This document shows, piece by piece, positions 13,491-27,690 of a DNA stretch of 64,000 nt. A program made the translations under genes and the position numbers. The notes beneath the pieces are model-generated. The model ran no database searches and had not been told where the DNA came from. It was given only the letters and a program-made list of their open reading frames with translations. Position 1 is the first letter of the stretch, and each line of letters begins with the position of its first letter. Location: the NCBI GenBank assembly GCA_943704425.1, contig CALSCP010001656.1, positions 79,089 to 143,088 on the forward strand. Reading direction: 5' to 3'. Source of the stretch: Ministeria vibrans ATCC 50519 (lineage: Eukaryota > Protista > Filasterea).

Positions 13491-15055
13491 ATGGCGTGCA
13501 TGAAGGATGTCGCTCCGTACGGCAGCTCCATCCTTATTGCGTACATGATTGCCTTTGTGGACTTGTGCGGCTTCGGCTTGCTCCTTCCGCTTCTGCCATG
13601 TGAGAGACAAGACAACTTGTCATCTCTCTCTCTCTCTCTCTCTCCTCTTTCTCTCTCTCTCTCTGACCAGTTGTGTAGATTATTTCAACCTCTTACCTGG
13701 ATTCGGAGACGCCTCGCAGTCCGGCATCGTCTATGGGTGTCTTCAGGGTGCATTTTCCTTGGGGCAAGTCATCGGAGGGGTCATTTTAGGGTCGCTGTCG
13801 GACCGGTGGGGTCGAAAAGTTCTGCTGCTTGTGTCGCTGGCGGGTAGTGCCGTCTTCTTCTCTCTCACCGCCATAGCCACGACACTACCGCTTCTGATTG
13901 CATGCCGAGGGTTTGCCGGGCTGTTTGCCAGTGCCGGAGGGATTGTGAGTGCGTATGTGTCGGACGTGACGACCGAAGCGACGCGATCAAGGTGCGCACA
14001 CGCAGAGGCGGCGGACGTGGCGGGTCATTGTTCTCTTGTAGGTATATGGGGCTGCTCGGGGGTGTCTTTGCCGCAGGGTTTGTCAGTGGACCGGCCATTG
14101 GGGGCTTTCTGGGCTCGTCCTTTGGGGTTCTACTGGGATTCAAAGTGGCAAGCTATGTGGCGGGCGGCGTGTGTCTGCTCAACCTGGTCTTCTGCTTCTT
14201 CTTCTTTCGCAATGCGGATGCACCGTCACCACCAGAGGAGAAGCTGAGCAATGACGATAATGCTAATGATGGCGCTGGGGCGCGGGAAAAGAACGATACG
14301 AAGAGGGAGTCGTTGTGGAAGGGAGTGCGGACAGCTTTTCGCCAGCGCGTTCTCGTGGCGCTCTTTGTCTCGACCTTCTTTGTCTCGCTATGTGTGACCA
14401 TTATGGAAAGTGCGATTGCGCTGTTTCTCAAAGACGTGTACGATTATCCTGAAAAGTACGCGGGGGTGCTCTTTGCGGTGTTTGGAGTGATTATGGCGCT
14501 GACACTCATCGTGGCGTTTCAGCCGCTCATGCGACTGGTTGGGCCTGTGAACATTCTACGCCTGGCCGCACTGCTCTTGGCGGGTTTGAGTGCGTCTATT
14601 CCTATTGTGCCCTCGCTCAATGCCATCTATGTGTTGCTGTCGGGCTTTGCCGTTGCCAATGGTGTTGTGGGGTCGTCCTTCTCAGTGCTGACTTCCAATC
14701 TTGCAAAGGGGTCCTTTGGTTCAGTGCTGGGCATTCGGCGCAGTTTTGGCTCTCTTGCCCGTGCCCTTGGACCCTTTCTTGCGGGATCTCTCTATGATTT
14801 GACTGTGCTCAGCACTGATTTGCCCCATTCGATTCCTTTTTTCGTTGCGGGAAGTAAGCCAAGTTGAAACATGTACAATACGACTTTCTTATTGTTGTAT
14901 TGTTGTTTGGTTTTATAGTGAGTGGCTTCATTGCGATGTGTCTGTTACTGTCTGTGCCGCACTACAAGAGTGAAAATCCCATCGTGACCAATGCGGAGTT
15001 GGGACCCGACGAGACAACCCGACTCATTCAGTCCGATTCCGGTCCATCCGTCTAA
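13491..15055 (+). CDS. Major facilitator superfamily transporter (TetA/DHA1-like, MFSD10/14-like); multi-exon
   Basis: DLCGFGLLLPLLP, motif A GSLSDRWGRK, AYVSDVT, motif C GPAIGGFLG, ARALGPFLAG; about 12 hydrophobic segments. Confidence 0.9.
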
Positions 15056-15244
15056 ATTGATTTCATTGTGTGGTGCAACATATATTTGGGAGCCGCAACG
15101 CAATAATTAATTGTAACTTACATTCATTGAATTTTGTAATGTACCCAATTTCATGATTAAATTTGACTTTCCATTTTTTCGATTCAGAATCAATTTTCAG
15201 AGGAACCGATCAACATTGATGAATATTATTTTCCTCCGTAACGT

Positions 15245-15859
15245 ATGAAGATACTCTCATTCAATGTCAACGGCCTTCAGAAGAACGTCGCGACTGCCGG
15301 ATCACCCAAGAGCTTCTTAGATTCGCTTGATGCCGACATTATCTGTCTCCAAGGTGCGCCCCCTCGCCACGGCCGACGCTCACACTGCCCTCTGACCCTT
15401 GCCTGTGCTTTTCTTCTCTGCCGTGTGTGCGTGCGTCGGCAGAAGTCAAGGTTCGTTTGGAGCAGCGAAGCGAGACTCACAATAGAATGTATGTTGACGC
15501 AGCTCACTCGCGGCGAATACGACGTTGGACTGGAGGTGGTCGACGGCTACGACTCGTACATGTGCCTGACGACGCGCGGTGGCAAGTCGGAGGGGCCGTC
15601 GCGCAAGGCGGGGTGAGGAATGAGGGGAGTTTGGTGTGTGTTGACGGAGTTGGTCTGACAACGGGCGACGCGGCGTAGGGGCTACTCGGGCGTAGCAGTG
15701 TACTGCAGGCTGCGGATGGCTCCCGTTGCTGCTGAGCAAGGCATGACTGGCATGGTGTGGGGCGTGAATGAGGATATCGGCGGTTACGGCGACATGGCAC
15801 TGCGCTGGTCCAAGGAGGAGCTTGTCGACGTGGACAAGGAGGGCCGGTACGCGCGTCAA

Positions 15860-15890
<31 letters not shown>

Positions 15891-17396
15891 CTTTGTGATG
15901 TGTGTGTGTCTTTGTGATGTGTGTGTGTCATTGTGGTGTGGGTATGTCTTTGTGGTGTGTGTGTGTCATTGTGATGTGTATGCGTGTGTTTCTTGCTTTG
16001 TTGACTCTGAGCTTGTAGATGTGTGATTGTCGACTTTGGGTCCTTTGTTCTCTTTAATCTGTACTGCCCATCGGCACATCGTCCTGAGAAAGAGTCTGCC
16101 GACCATGCTCGTCGATTTCAGCTCAAGCAGCGCTTTCAAGTGAGTGAATAAAAATATTGCAACTATGTCGATGTGTGTCTTTGTGGTGTGCACTTTGGGA
16201 AAACGTTTTGATGGTTCTTGTGGTGTGTATCTTTGTTATGTGTCTTTGTGGTGCGTCCTTTAAGATAATGATAATAATTATTTTGATGGTCTTTGTGGGG
16301 TGTGTGTAGGACGTGTTAGAGGCGCGTTGCGTGGCTCTGCGAGCCAGTGGTCGTGAAGTTATTCTTGTAGGTGACTTTAACATAACTCACCGCAAAATTG
16401 ACTGCAAACGACCCGAAGAATACGTAAGCCAGAGAGTGAGTAGAGGGAGAGGAGTCATCAAGGGGTGTTTTATTAAATCAATAGTGTGTGTTGATATTGT
16501 GTTGCACACAGTGCACTCCCACAGAGCCCTTTGACGCACATCCAACGCGAGTGTGGCTCAGTGGCTTTCTTGAGCGTGCCAATGTGTGTGATTCGTTTCG
16601 TGTGTTTCATCCGGAGCGGAAGAATGCATTCACGTTTTGGAGTCAGTACACTCGGGAGCGCGAGCACAATGCAGGGCGACGACTGGACTATGCGCTGGTG
16701 AGTGACGCGTTAATGAAGGAGCGGGTGATCATGTGTGACATTCAGCCGGATGTGACTGGCAGCGATCACTGTCCCGTTGTGCTGACCCTGCGTGACGGGT
16801 TGGAAGGGTTGGAGAGCGAGCGGGAACGACCCGCTCTAAGTGGGCGAGTGCGAGTTCGGCGCGCTGAGCAACTGACGGTTAAAGACATGTTTATGAGTGT
16901 GCCACTGAAAGCAAAGAGGGCATGCGAAGGGAATGGAGAGGAAGAGCGTGTTGTGAAGAAGGCCAAGAGTGCACGGAAGGGCGGGGCGACCAAGATCACG
17001 TCGTTCTTTGCAATGGGTACATCGACCAAGACGGAGACAGTCTCAGCAACAGCAACACACTCGGACGCGAACACGACCAGTGATGGTGACGTTCAAGCCG
17101 TACCCCTGACGGACTTTGCACGGTCGTTTTTTGCGTCCTCAAGTAGCCGTGCGACGCAAGGGTACGGGGGTGGGCAGCGAGCGAGTGCGGCGTCGTGGTG
17201 GAAGACGAGTCTGGGGGGGCCTAGGTCGCTGCCGCAGTGCGCGCACAAGGAGGCGTCCGTAGAGCGGGTTGTTAAGAAGGAAGGGCCCAACCGCGGACGC
17301 AAGTTCTACACGTGTGCGCGTGCGGATGGCGACAAGGGTGATGCCAGCGCTAGCTGCGGGTTCTTCAAGTGGGCCACTGACCTGAAGAAGCAGTAG
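15245..17396 (+). CDS. APEX2: AP endonuclease 2 (EEP domain + C-terminal GRF zinc finger); multi-exon
   Basis: MKILSFNVNG, DIICLQ|EVK|LTR, GYSGV, GDFNITH, GRRLDY, GSDHCPV; PIP-like KITSFF; GRF finger C-AH...VKKEGPNRGRKFYTCAR...CGFFKW. Confidence 0.95.
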
Positions 17397-17403
17397 CATT
17401 CAC

Positions 17404-17439
<36 letters not shown>

Positions 17440-17581
17440 TGTGTGCGTGCGTGTGTGTGTGCGTGCGTGTGTGTGTGCGTGCGTGTGTGTGTGTGTGTGT
17501 GCTGTGTATATATGTGTGCATGAGGAATATACGGAGTAATGTCTATATTATAGTATAATGAAAAGTTGATTGAGTGTGTCT

Positions 17582-19190
17582 CTATGAATGAGTCTGGCAG
17601 AATGTGACAATGCGCGTGGCAATGTCTGCGCCTGCGTCGTCCTGCAGAAAATGCCCGGCGCCCTCTACACACGACCACTGCGCATTGGGAATCACCTTTG
17701 CAAACCTAACGACAGAAAATAAAAAATAAATTAATCAAAAAAGCCTATTTGCACAGCCTTACCAAGGCCCAATGTCGCGGGTGACAGGGCACTTGTTAGA
17801 GTAGAGAACGAGAGTGGGGCGCATCCATTCGGAGCCCTTGAGGAACTCCTTTGCACGCGCAAAGTTACGTGCCGTGTCGGAGTAGCGGTGGAGGGGCACG
17901 AGCAGTGGCCAGACAGCCGCACCCACGGCGTACTGGGGTGACGGGAAGGGGGCCGCGTAGGCACGCGTCTCGCCTGCACTGAGGTGCTTACATCCGGTGC
18001 TCATGATGGATCCGACGGGTATGTCGCTGTCAAGAAGCTCGACAGCACTGCGCCACACGAGAAAGTTCGCACTGGTTCGAAGCGACGTCTGCGTGGTGAA
18101 GGGCAAGAGAATGAGCAAGATTCGCGCCAATAGGAGAACCCATCATACTTTGTGAGGAGGAAGTCCCGTATTCATGATGACACAGCGGCGCACTGCGTCG
18201 CGTTTGAGGTCGGGCAAGGTTGAGAGGCCAATGAGACCGCCCCAGTCTTGCACAATGAGAGTGGCGCCCTTGATGTTGAGGCGAGTCATGACCTATACAA
18301 CGCAAGAGAAAGCAAGTGTGTGTGAGCGAGAGAAAGAGAAACAAGACGAAGCAAAGTGGTAAAGAAACAAAGTGAAGAAACAAAGTGACAGAGAGACAGA
18401 AGAAACAAAGTGAAGAAACAAAATGACAGAGAGACAGAAGAAACAAAGTGAAGAAACAAAATGACAGAGAGACAGAAGAAACAAAGTGAAGAAACAAAAT
18501 GACAGATAGAAAGAGATAAAGAGGAGGAAACAGACAGCTGGCAAGGGGCGGGGTGACCTGCAGAAAGGTGTTCTGATGCATCTCGACAGTGTACGCTGAG
18601 CGCGCAGTGAACTTGTCGCTCTTGCCAAAGCCAATGAAGTCAAACGCCACGACACGCATGCCGGCTGCCACAAAGACAGGGATCATCTTGCGGTAGAGGT
18701 ACGACCATGACGGCTCGCCGTGCAGGCACACCATCGTTTCCGCTGCATCTGCCGATCCCTGCGCAAAACGACAAGAAGGAAAAATATATCAAAAATCAAA
18801 AACACGTTGATCGCAGGCGGATTAGAGGCCCACGGAGAGCACAGAGGCTCCAATGACGCACAGCAGCACACTGTACGTGCCATGAGGGGGCGTGCGCGGC
18901 GACACGCGGGCCCGTTTGTGGGCTATGGCGCTCACCTCGTCAACATAGTGGACGGCGACTTTGCCCGACGGCGTTTCGACGTGGAGGAAGTGTGCCTGGA
19001 AGGGAAAGTGCGGGATGCCCTCGAAGCGAGCCTCGGGAGTGTGCACGATCGAGGCCGAGGGTGTTTCGGTGCGCAGACCGGGCAAGTGGTTCAGCAGAGG
19101 AATCAGTCGCAAAAATCGTCGCGTCACCGCCAGGGTCTTGAGCACGAGCGCCAGTAAGAATAAGACGGTGATGCGGAATGCCTTTTGCAT
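17582..19190 (-). CDS. Haloalkane dehalogenase-like alpha/beta hydrolase (HLD-I/DhmA type) with hydrophobic N-terminus; multi-exon
   Basis: TPEARFEGIPHFPF, HYVDE|G, CLHGEPSWSYLYRKMIP, FDFIGFGKSDK, VQDWGGLIGL, AYAAPFP, GAGHFLQDDAG. Confidence 0.9.
18338..18530. repeat. Intronic minisatellite (GAAGAAACAAAGTGA / AATGACAGAGAGACA units)
   Basis: Tandem units inside the dehalogenase intron, with the same core as 1-240. Confidence 0.85.
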
Positions 19191-19458
19191 GGTGATCCGA
19201 AAAAGGGAAAGCTTAATCAATAGTCATATTTTGAAAATTGAATTTTGACACATTTCTGACGTAAAAGTTGAGACTCAAGTTGATTCGAGGTCGAAAATTT
19301 TATACGTCGTTCCAGCTGAGCGTTCCGTACATAAAATTAACTATCAAGTATCAGGGTGCGCATTTTCAATAATATGCAATTAATGCTCGATGTATTTCAA
19401 AAACACAAAAAAATGTATTCCTCTGTCTCAAACATATTTAGTCTCTTTCTCTTCTCTC

Positions 19459-22400
19459 TTATGCAAGACCAGCCTGCTGCATGGCACTCATCAATGCATT
19501 CCGTTGGTCAGCAGACAGACTCTGCCAACATGAGTTCTTGAGCTCTTCTGGAACTGTCTGATTGATCTACGCACAAAACACAAATGAATACACATCTGCA
19601 CACACTCTCGTTCTGAGAGCCTCACCTGCGCAATGGCACGCACAATGCGCGAGTTGAGCTCGTGGTCAACCTGCACGACGCTCATGGTGATGGCAAAAAC
19701 CTCGACAATGCGCGGAAGTGCTTGGTTGATGTCGCCAAAGTAGCCAATCTGACCACTCTCGAGCAGCTCGCACAGATAGCCCAGTACAAATTGCATTTCG
19801 CCACGATCGCTGACCACAGGCAACCAGGAGAGAAGAGCAGGTAAAAGGGACGGCAGTGCATCGGGTGCGACGCTACACTTGCAAATCTTGGCAACGGCCG
19901 AAATAGCATTTTCCGTAGCCATAAGCGATTCGGGAGAGCGCGCATTGGGCGCCTGGATAATGGCGCGGAGCGTGTCAAGGGTACGCGAACAGGGCTCGGC
20001 GTAGGCAGGGCCACCAAAGAGAGCACAACAGCCAATGCCAAAGGCCGCCGCCTGTCGCACCTCGTCGTTCTCGTCCGTGAGGTAGCTGCTCATGGCCGGG
20101 AAGAAGCAGTCAGCGTACTGGGCTGACGCAGGGCCTGTGTACTCGACAAAGTCATCGAACATGCACAGTCCCCACTGATGGTCGGTGACGGGCCGGTCGG
20201 GCTCAAGCATGGCAGTCACGGTGGGCATGAGCGCCAGAAAAACGTTCATGAGTCCTTCTCCGTGTGTGCGGAACAGCTCGTGCAGCGTGTCCGTGAGCTC
20301 ACGCAATAGCTTGTCATCTTGAATGTCAAACTCGATCAGCTCCTCCTCCAACTCCTCGTCATAGTCCTCGTCCTGACGGTTGTGCAATCGCTCCGCATTG
20401 CGCTCAAACACCTTCTCCAGCTGCGACTTGATTGCCGCCACCAGCGGCTCCTGTGCCTCCTCCGGCAGACAGTTGTCTCCGCACACCTTGACGCACGTCT
20501 TGAACGACTGCACGAACTTTTGTAACACGGCCGAGTCAGGCTCAATCGACATAACCTATCAAAAAAGAACAGTGTAAGAAATACGCAAGAAAGGGGAAGA
20601 AAAAAAAAAAAAAGAAGAGGTATGAGGTATGTTGATGGGTACCTCCAAGAGACCGGTGCAGGAGTGGTTCCAGACATTCTTGGCAAGTGCAAGCCAGCCA
20701 TCGGCATCTGCTCCGCCTGCTCGGTGGTTCTGCATGGCAGCTAAACACACATGAAGAAGGATAGACGCTTGAGCGTTAAAAAGGATGCAAAACAAGTGGC
20801 AAGTCAAAAGACAGGAAAGACGTACAGTCAATGAGGAAGGGAAGAGCGTCGGCAGCTGCTGTGCGCACTTCGTCGTGAAAAAAGAATTTGAGAAGTGGGA
20901 CCATTATTTCAGCAACCTACACACATACAATTTCATCAAAACATAGTGACTCTGCGAAAGGGGCAATTGGACGTACGTCGGCAACGTGGTTGCCAAAGTG
21001 AATGCCCAAGTCGCGCGCATAGCAAACAAGCATTTCGCAAGCCATGCACTTCTCGTCAATCATGGTTGTTCGAATACCAACACGCTGGTCGTCCACCTAA
21101 CGTAAAAGGAAGGAGAAAAATTACACGCCGAGGCAGCTACCGTTCGTTTCCGTACTCGAACAAACTCCCAGCCATCCTCTTCGGGATACTGGTCCTGTTG
21201 GTCTCGCTCGTCGAGGTCAAGGAACGCCATATCGGGCGTGGTCTGCGCAAGCTGCAGAAGCGGGGGCATCACAGTCGACAGGTACGGCACAAACTCCGCC
21301 TTGAGCACCTTGCAGATGCGCGTAATGGCACCAAAGATGAAGGTCATTTCAGCGTCGTCCGTTTGTCCGCGCACTCCGCCATGCTACACACAAGTGACAT
21401 ACACAAATAAATAAAAATAAAGAGAAAGAAAGGACGAAAGTGATAGAGAGAGAGAGAGAGAGAGGAGGGAGAAAGAAACAAAGTGATAGAGAGAGAGGAG
21501 AAATAAAGTGATGGAATGTATCGATACCGACGCAATGAGATCCATGACGTGACGCGCGTCTGCGGCAAATTTTTCATGACCCACTGCAACACCAATGAGC
21601 GAAATGCACTCCATAGCCTTGTCGCGCAGCAAGCTGGCAGCTGGGTCGCTCACAGACTGCTCCAGAATCGATCGCAGGTCCGGCATAAACACGTCGTAGT
21701 AGTTGATAAACTTTTCTTGAGCGCTATCGATAAAAGCCGAAAAAAAGTAGAAAAAAACAATGAAGAAAAGAATCAGTGGCATTGAAAAAAAAAAAAGACG
21801 AAACGGACCTGTCAGCGACTGTAGCAATAGTGGTGAGAGCCTGCTGCATGAGCAAGCGCCTGTTGAGACGACCACCGTCAATGAGCATCTCGTGAAGTGC
21901 GCGCAGAATGTCGTCAATGTACGGCTCGAGACGGTCCTTGGAGGCATTTTCGCAGAAGTTGACCATGGCAGCGCCGGCGTGGATGCGCACTCGGATGCAG
22001 TCCGCATCACGCATGGCCAACAACAGTCCCCCAATAGACTCGGCGTGGAAGGTTTCTTGGAAGCCAGGTGCGAAGTCGTAGGCGAGCTGGCCAACTGCGT
22101 TACAGGCAGCATAGCGCACGCGAGGATGCGGGTCGTTGAGCAGAGGCAACACCTAAAAGTAACGCAGTTGGATAGAGGAATTAAAAAAAAAACGGAGTGT
22201 GACTGTAATTACCGTGTGCATAATGGCGGGGAGAACAGCCTCCATCTGAACGGCGGCTCCCTCAGCAATGGCCGAGACGCAGAAAAGTGCTGCGTGGCGC
22301 AACTGCCACTGTTCGCTTGTGAACAGACTGCCTAGGAATGCCTCACAGATGGGGTACACTTGCTTGCCGCCAATGGCACACGCAACGCGATCAATCGCCT

Positions 22401-23547
22401 GCTCGCCCTGCAACGACACTCTGCAAAAAAAAAAAACACACACACAAACATGAGTTGTTGAATAAAGATATTTTAGTCCGTTCGATGCTCTGCACCATTC
22501 ACACGTACGATTCTTCGTCCTTTTCGGAGGAGTCGATATTGTACCACTCAGGTTCGTCTTCCAACTCACACATAAGATTGACAAAGGCAGGGACAGAGCG
22601 CACGGCAAACTCGGGTTGCTTGCGCAGCATGGGCGATGCTTTCTCCGCGAGCGCCACCAGCACCTCACAAGCACTCTTGCGCACACTCTCCTCCACATCG
22701 GTGCTGTAACAAAACAAACCAAACCAAGGGAATTAATTACGCAAAGAGAGGTGAAAGAAGGCGAAGAGGAAGGAGAGGGAAAGAAACAAAAGTGAGAGGA
22801 CAAAAAACACGCAAAAAGACGTGAGATTAAAATAAAATAGCAATTATATAGGGGGTAGAAAGGCGCATTCGGTGGGTCATACCTGTTGCCCATGAGCTGG
22901 AGCATAGTATCGAGCATATTGGGGACGAGGTTGCGAAAGAGACGTGCGTGTTTGTCCACCAGCTCAATGAGCTCCTCAAGAGCATCGCGCGCAAGATCCT
23001 CATCGCCCGACGAAACACAGTCCAAAATCACCTAAGAATCAAAGATGATGCATAAGAGGAAAGGCATAATGTAAACACTGCATAGGACAAAACATTTATA
23101 AGTGTACGGAGAAGATGGCCGGCATGAGGTTGAAGAAGTGTGCGCGGTTGTGCGTGAGGGTCGAAATGAAGCCCATGGTGGCCTTGGCGCCGACATTGCG
23201 AACCTACGGAGACAAGGCAACAAGGGAGAATCAGTACACAAGGCGAAGAGACATAATAAGTTGAAATAGGTCGTACAGAGAGAGGTTGGGTGTTGGCGAG
23301 GGCACCAGCAAAGATTTGGTAGACACTTTCGAGGTGCGCCTCGACTTGTTTGAGGAGGACGGCAGGTGCGGAGGCAAAGAGCTGCAGAGCCACCTCAAAC
23401 ATGTTGGTTGCCTGCACATTGCCTGTAGTTGTCATTGCCTGCTGGCACGTCGTAAACATGAACTGAAGCAGATCGGGCCAGTTCAGTTCGGGCGTCTGCT
23501 GGCGGTCACGGTCGATCACTGTCATTTTTGAACAAACACACACACAC

Positions 23548-23591
<44 letters not shown>

Positions 23592-24223
23592 CATGATCAG
23601 TTAGTAGATTGTGGGAGAGGGAGTCGGGTTGCGCGTACTTGATTGAAGGCTCATCAGTTCGGAGATGACGTGCACAACCTTTCTTCGGACACTGTGCTCC
23701 ACTTCCTCCTGCAAATGGGCCAGCAACTCCGACTTGACAACGCTCTGCGATGAACCAGAGTTAAGAGTGCGTTGAAGTGTGTAAAATGACACAATAAGTG
23801 TGACCATACCACCATTCCGGGATCAAGTTGAGCGAGGAACATGCGTTGGATGGTGGACGGGGCGGCAACGCCTTCTTGAGCATCGAGAACATGCGCCAAC
23901 ATGCGACGGAACAACACGGCGGCCAGTTCGCGCACCTAGACAGGGAGAGAGCCAAAGAAAGCCCACAGGAAGGGGAGTGTGAATGAGTACAGACGCTCTC
24001 CCGAGGAGCACAGGGCGCGTACAGGAACGTGGGCGGAATGGCGCAGACAGCGGATCATGACGGGCGTTGCCAGGCTGGGTTGCTCGCGGATCCCCTTGAG
24101 CCGCTCTTCCGCTGCATTTCGAGTCTACATACGATCATTAAAGGCGTCGTCAGAGTCACAAATGTCGTTGCTGCGTTGCCCTGGATGGCTGCATAGGGCT
24201 CGCAGAGCGTAAAACAGGAGTGC

Positions 24224-24258
<35 letters not shown>

Positions 24259-24699
24259 GAATTGCTGTTGCGACATGTTTCGGTTGAAGAGTCGAGTGGA
24301 GTGAAACACTGCAGCACATCGCGTATTGTTGGTGTCAGGTGAAGTGCTGCGGGCCAAAAGACGGTGGGAAGGGGACGGGGAAGGGTGTTTTGGATGGGAT
24401 GGCGACCACGGCAAGGCATTTCGACTGTATTTGAAACGGACACATGGGCGCGACTTGCCGACGACGATGCGGGTTGGGCTTGGAGCATGGGCATGTGCAG
24501 TAGACACACAGGGCAGGGGCGGGGCGGCACACGCCGGTTCGGGCTGTGGGGCGCGTGAGGGGCGATGGGGACAGTGACGATGCCAAACGAGCACTGTCCA
24601 GCGCCAAATCATGCGCGTGCTTACGGCGTCGTCGCTCTGCTGCAATGCAATGAGAATTCCCTCCAGCTCTGCTTGGTCAACTTGGGTAGGAGCAGCCAT
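19459..24699 (-). CDS. IPO5: Importin-5 / karyopherin beta-3 (Kap121/Pse1); multi-exon
   Basis: HEAT repeats [81 protein letters not shown]. Confidence 0.95.
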
Positions 24700-24822
24700 A
24701 CTAAGGAACACTTTGAATTTTTGAATAAATTGAGTGAAAACGATGTCTTCGCATATTATTTTGTCACAGACTCACAGTCGATTGAGAATTTGGATATTAA
24801 TTTATTTGAGTACATTTCGACC

Positions 24823-27690
24823 ATGGATGAATCTGGGGACCTTGTTGAAACGCCACCAGCGGCAGGTGGCTTTGCGACGGGCGCATTGGTACTCAGCGCT
24901 TCTGCTCCTGTCACTCAGCCCATTCCTCTCCTGACTGTCCCCGCGCCCATCGACCGCCATCTTCTATATATACATCCTTGTCTCTTTGCCAACCCTCCCC
25001 GCGTGCTGCTTTGAGAAGCCTTTCTCACTCGGTTTTTCACCATTCCCTTTTTTTTTTTTTTTTTTTTGGTGAATCTGTCGCAGGCGTCCAATCCGCCTGC
25101 AGATCCCCCTACAACAGCACCCGTAGGCAGCAGCACTACAGATGAAATGGCGGAAGGCGCAACGAAGGCAGAAGAGGGCGAGGACGAGGCGGGAGCGTCG
25201 GTTGAGAGTGGTGAGGCAACATCGACAAAAGCCAATGTTGTCTCTGCGACGACTGCCAGCAGTGCAGTCGCCAGCGCTTCAGCACCAGAGGACGAGAATG
25301 CTTTACAGACCGACTGTGGAGCGGAGCGTGCGGCAGACGGGAGCGGCGAGGCTGTCAACACCAAGCCGAGTTCAGCGGGTCCAGCCGAGTCCTCCGCATC
25401 CGCTACGTCGTCGACTACGGGCGCCGCCGCGGGAGGAGGAGGCAATGGCGGCACAGCCGTGTCTATTGCTACGTCGACAGCGGCGGCACTCTCGGCAATG
25501 AATGGAGGGGTGGCGGGGGCGTCGTCGTTTCCGTCGCCTCCCCCGCGCGCTCCTTCACGTTCCGCAACGGTTCGCTCACCAGGCGACGTGCATGCCAACG
25601 CACGACCGGGTATTCTTCGACGGCAGTCGGCAGATGGGTCTGCGCCGGGCTCGCCTCGTCGCACACCGTCGTTGCCGGCCATTTACGGCAGTGACGATGA
25701 CAGTGGGGGCGGCGGGGGGCCTGTGGCCTTGTTCAATCCGTCGCAACACAGTGCACTTGCGACGGCCGCGGCCAACGCGTCGGGAGTGCCCACTTCGCCA
25801 CTTAATGGCGTAACGAGTCCACGCAAGAAGCCTCGCAAGCAGGCCATGGTAACGATGGAAGATGAGTATGCTGCAGTGCCAACTGCTGATGGCGGTGTGA
25901 GCGGGCAGACGCGCAACCTTTCCTCGTCGGCAAATTCCAGCGCTGCGGCCGGTGCGTTGTCGATGTTGTCTTCGTCAAAACGTAGCGGCGGAGGCGGAGC
26001 ATTGCGACGGAAACGTCGGACAGACGAGGAAGAGGAGGGTGAGGAGGAGGGGGATGATGCAGACGAGGATGGTGATGAGGACGAGGGTGACGGAAAGGGA
26101 CGGGAGAGCAAACGACGTCGTATGGGAACGGGAGCGAGTGGTGGTGGCGCAGATGAAGAGGGAGGGAATGGAGGGGGTGAAGAGGAGCGATCACGACGGT
26201 CGCGACGGAGAAGACGGCCGAGAGTGCGCACTGACGACGGGTATGGCGAAGAGGAAGGGGATGGAGGTGACGAAGACGGACGACCTTCGGTTGCAGTGTC
26301 TGCATCGGGACGTGGTGGAAGGGTTACGCGTGGACAACAGAGCACTCTAAAGGCGCCGCCTCAACAACAGAGTCAACTGCGCCAACAGCAATTTATTCCA
26401 GACCCACAACAACAACAACAACAACAGCAGCATACGCAACAGCAACAGCAACAACAACAACATCATCATCATCAGCAGCAGCAGCAGCTGCAGTCTTTAC
26501 AGCAGCCTACGCCGCCCATTTCTAGCGCGCGCTACTACGATGATGCGATGCAGGGTGTGTCCGACGTGTCGTCGTTCCCCGGGACATCGGCAGCAGCGCA
26601 TGCGCACATGGGCATGCAGATGCCACAGACGTCCCCACACCAGCAACCGCCGCCGCAGTCCATTACGCCTGTCACCGGTCCATCCGGGCATGTTGAAGGC
26701 TTCCTTCGCTCGCCCTTGCCCCAACGCCCGCCATCCATCTTTAATGGCCTCCCGCCCCACTTCTGGGCCGCCCACCCGCCCCTGCCGCCGCCTTCCTTGC
26801 GTCGCTATCCTGTCTTCCCCGACGACTATCCCGAACCCACTCTGACGGCCATGGCTCACTATGCCACTCCCGAACAGGCGCCCTCGCACGTGGAAAAGTC
26901 TCTCGACGAGGTCAGTGCTTTTCTCGTGTGTCATAAAAATTAATGGTGTTGATCTTATTTTTTTTTTGTATCGTTTTGTGTGGATTGCTTAGGTGATAGC
27001 TACACCACGAATTGAAGAGATTGTGACGGGCAATGGAGTGTTGCGCGCAATGGCACAGTTTCCGCTGGTGCGCGAGTCCGAAGAGGAAGTCCTTCGGGTA
27101 CAATTGTGTGTGAGAGCGTGAGTTGAGTTGATTGCTGAATGTTGTTATGGTTCTGTAGACACTAAAGGCAGCATGTGAGCGACTGGGTGACACTCTGGAC
27201 GCAACCAATGAAGAGGAAGCTGCGCTGTTGGCCAAGGCACAGGTAACGTCAGAAGGGGGAAGGAAACAAAGAAAGAAAGTGGTGAGGAACAAGCTGATAC
27301 CTCTTGTCGGTTTCTGCGTAGGAGAGTGTGCGCAAGTCGGAGGCGACGCTAGCCAAGATGAAGGAAGCAAACGACCGAATGTTCCAAATGCTCGTTGAGT
27401 ATCAGCCTCGGTAAGAGAGGAGGGAGAAACAAAGTGATAGAGCGAGAGGAAAGGAATCAAGTGATATATAGAGTGACGCGCTGTGGGAACGACTGCTTCT
27501 GACTTATGTATGTATGTATGTGTCTCTCTCTCTCTGTGTGTGTGTGTGTAGAGCGGATTTGATACTGCGACGGTACCAGAACAAGCACGGACGCGACCCA
27601 ACTGAGTACGGGATGGTTTCGCCTTGGGGCACGCGTAGGGCTCCCTTGTCGGGTCGCTCTGCCCCTCCGCCCTTCTACACCCCCAGATGA
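24823..27690 (+). CDS. Uncharacterised low-complexity (A/G/S, acidic, poly-Q, P-rich) probably nuclear protein with C-terminal coiled coil; multi-exon
   Basis: A 625-aa ORF plus phase-consistent GT-AG exons ending PPPFYTPR*. Basic NLS-like clusters (PRKKPRK, RRKRR). Shares a short divergent intergenic region with IPO5. Confidence 0.65.
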
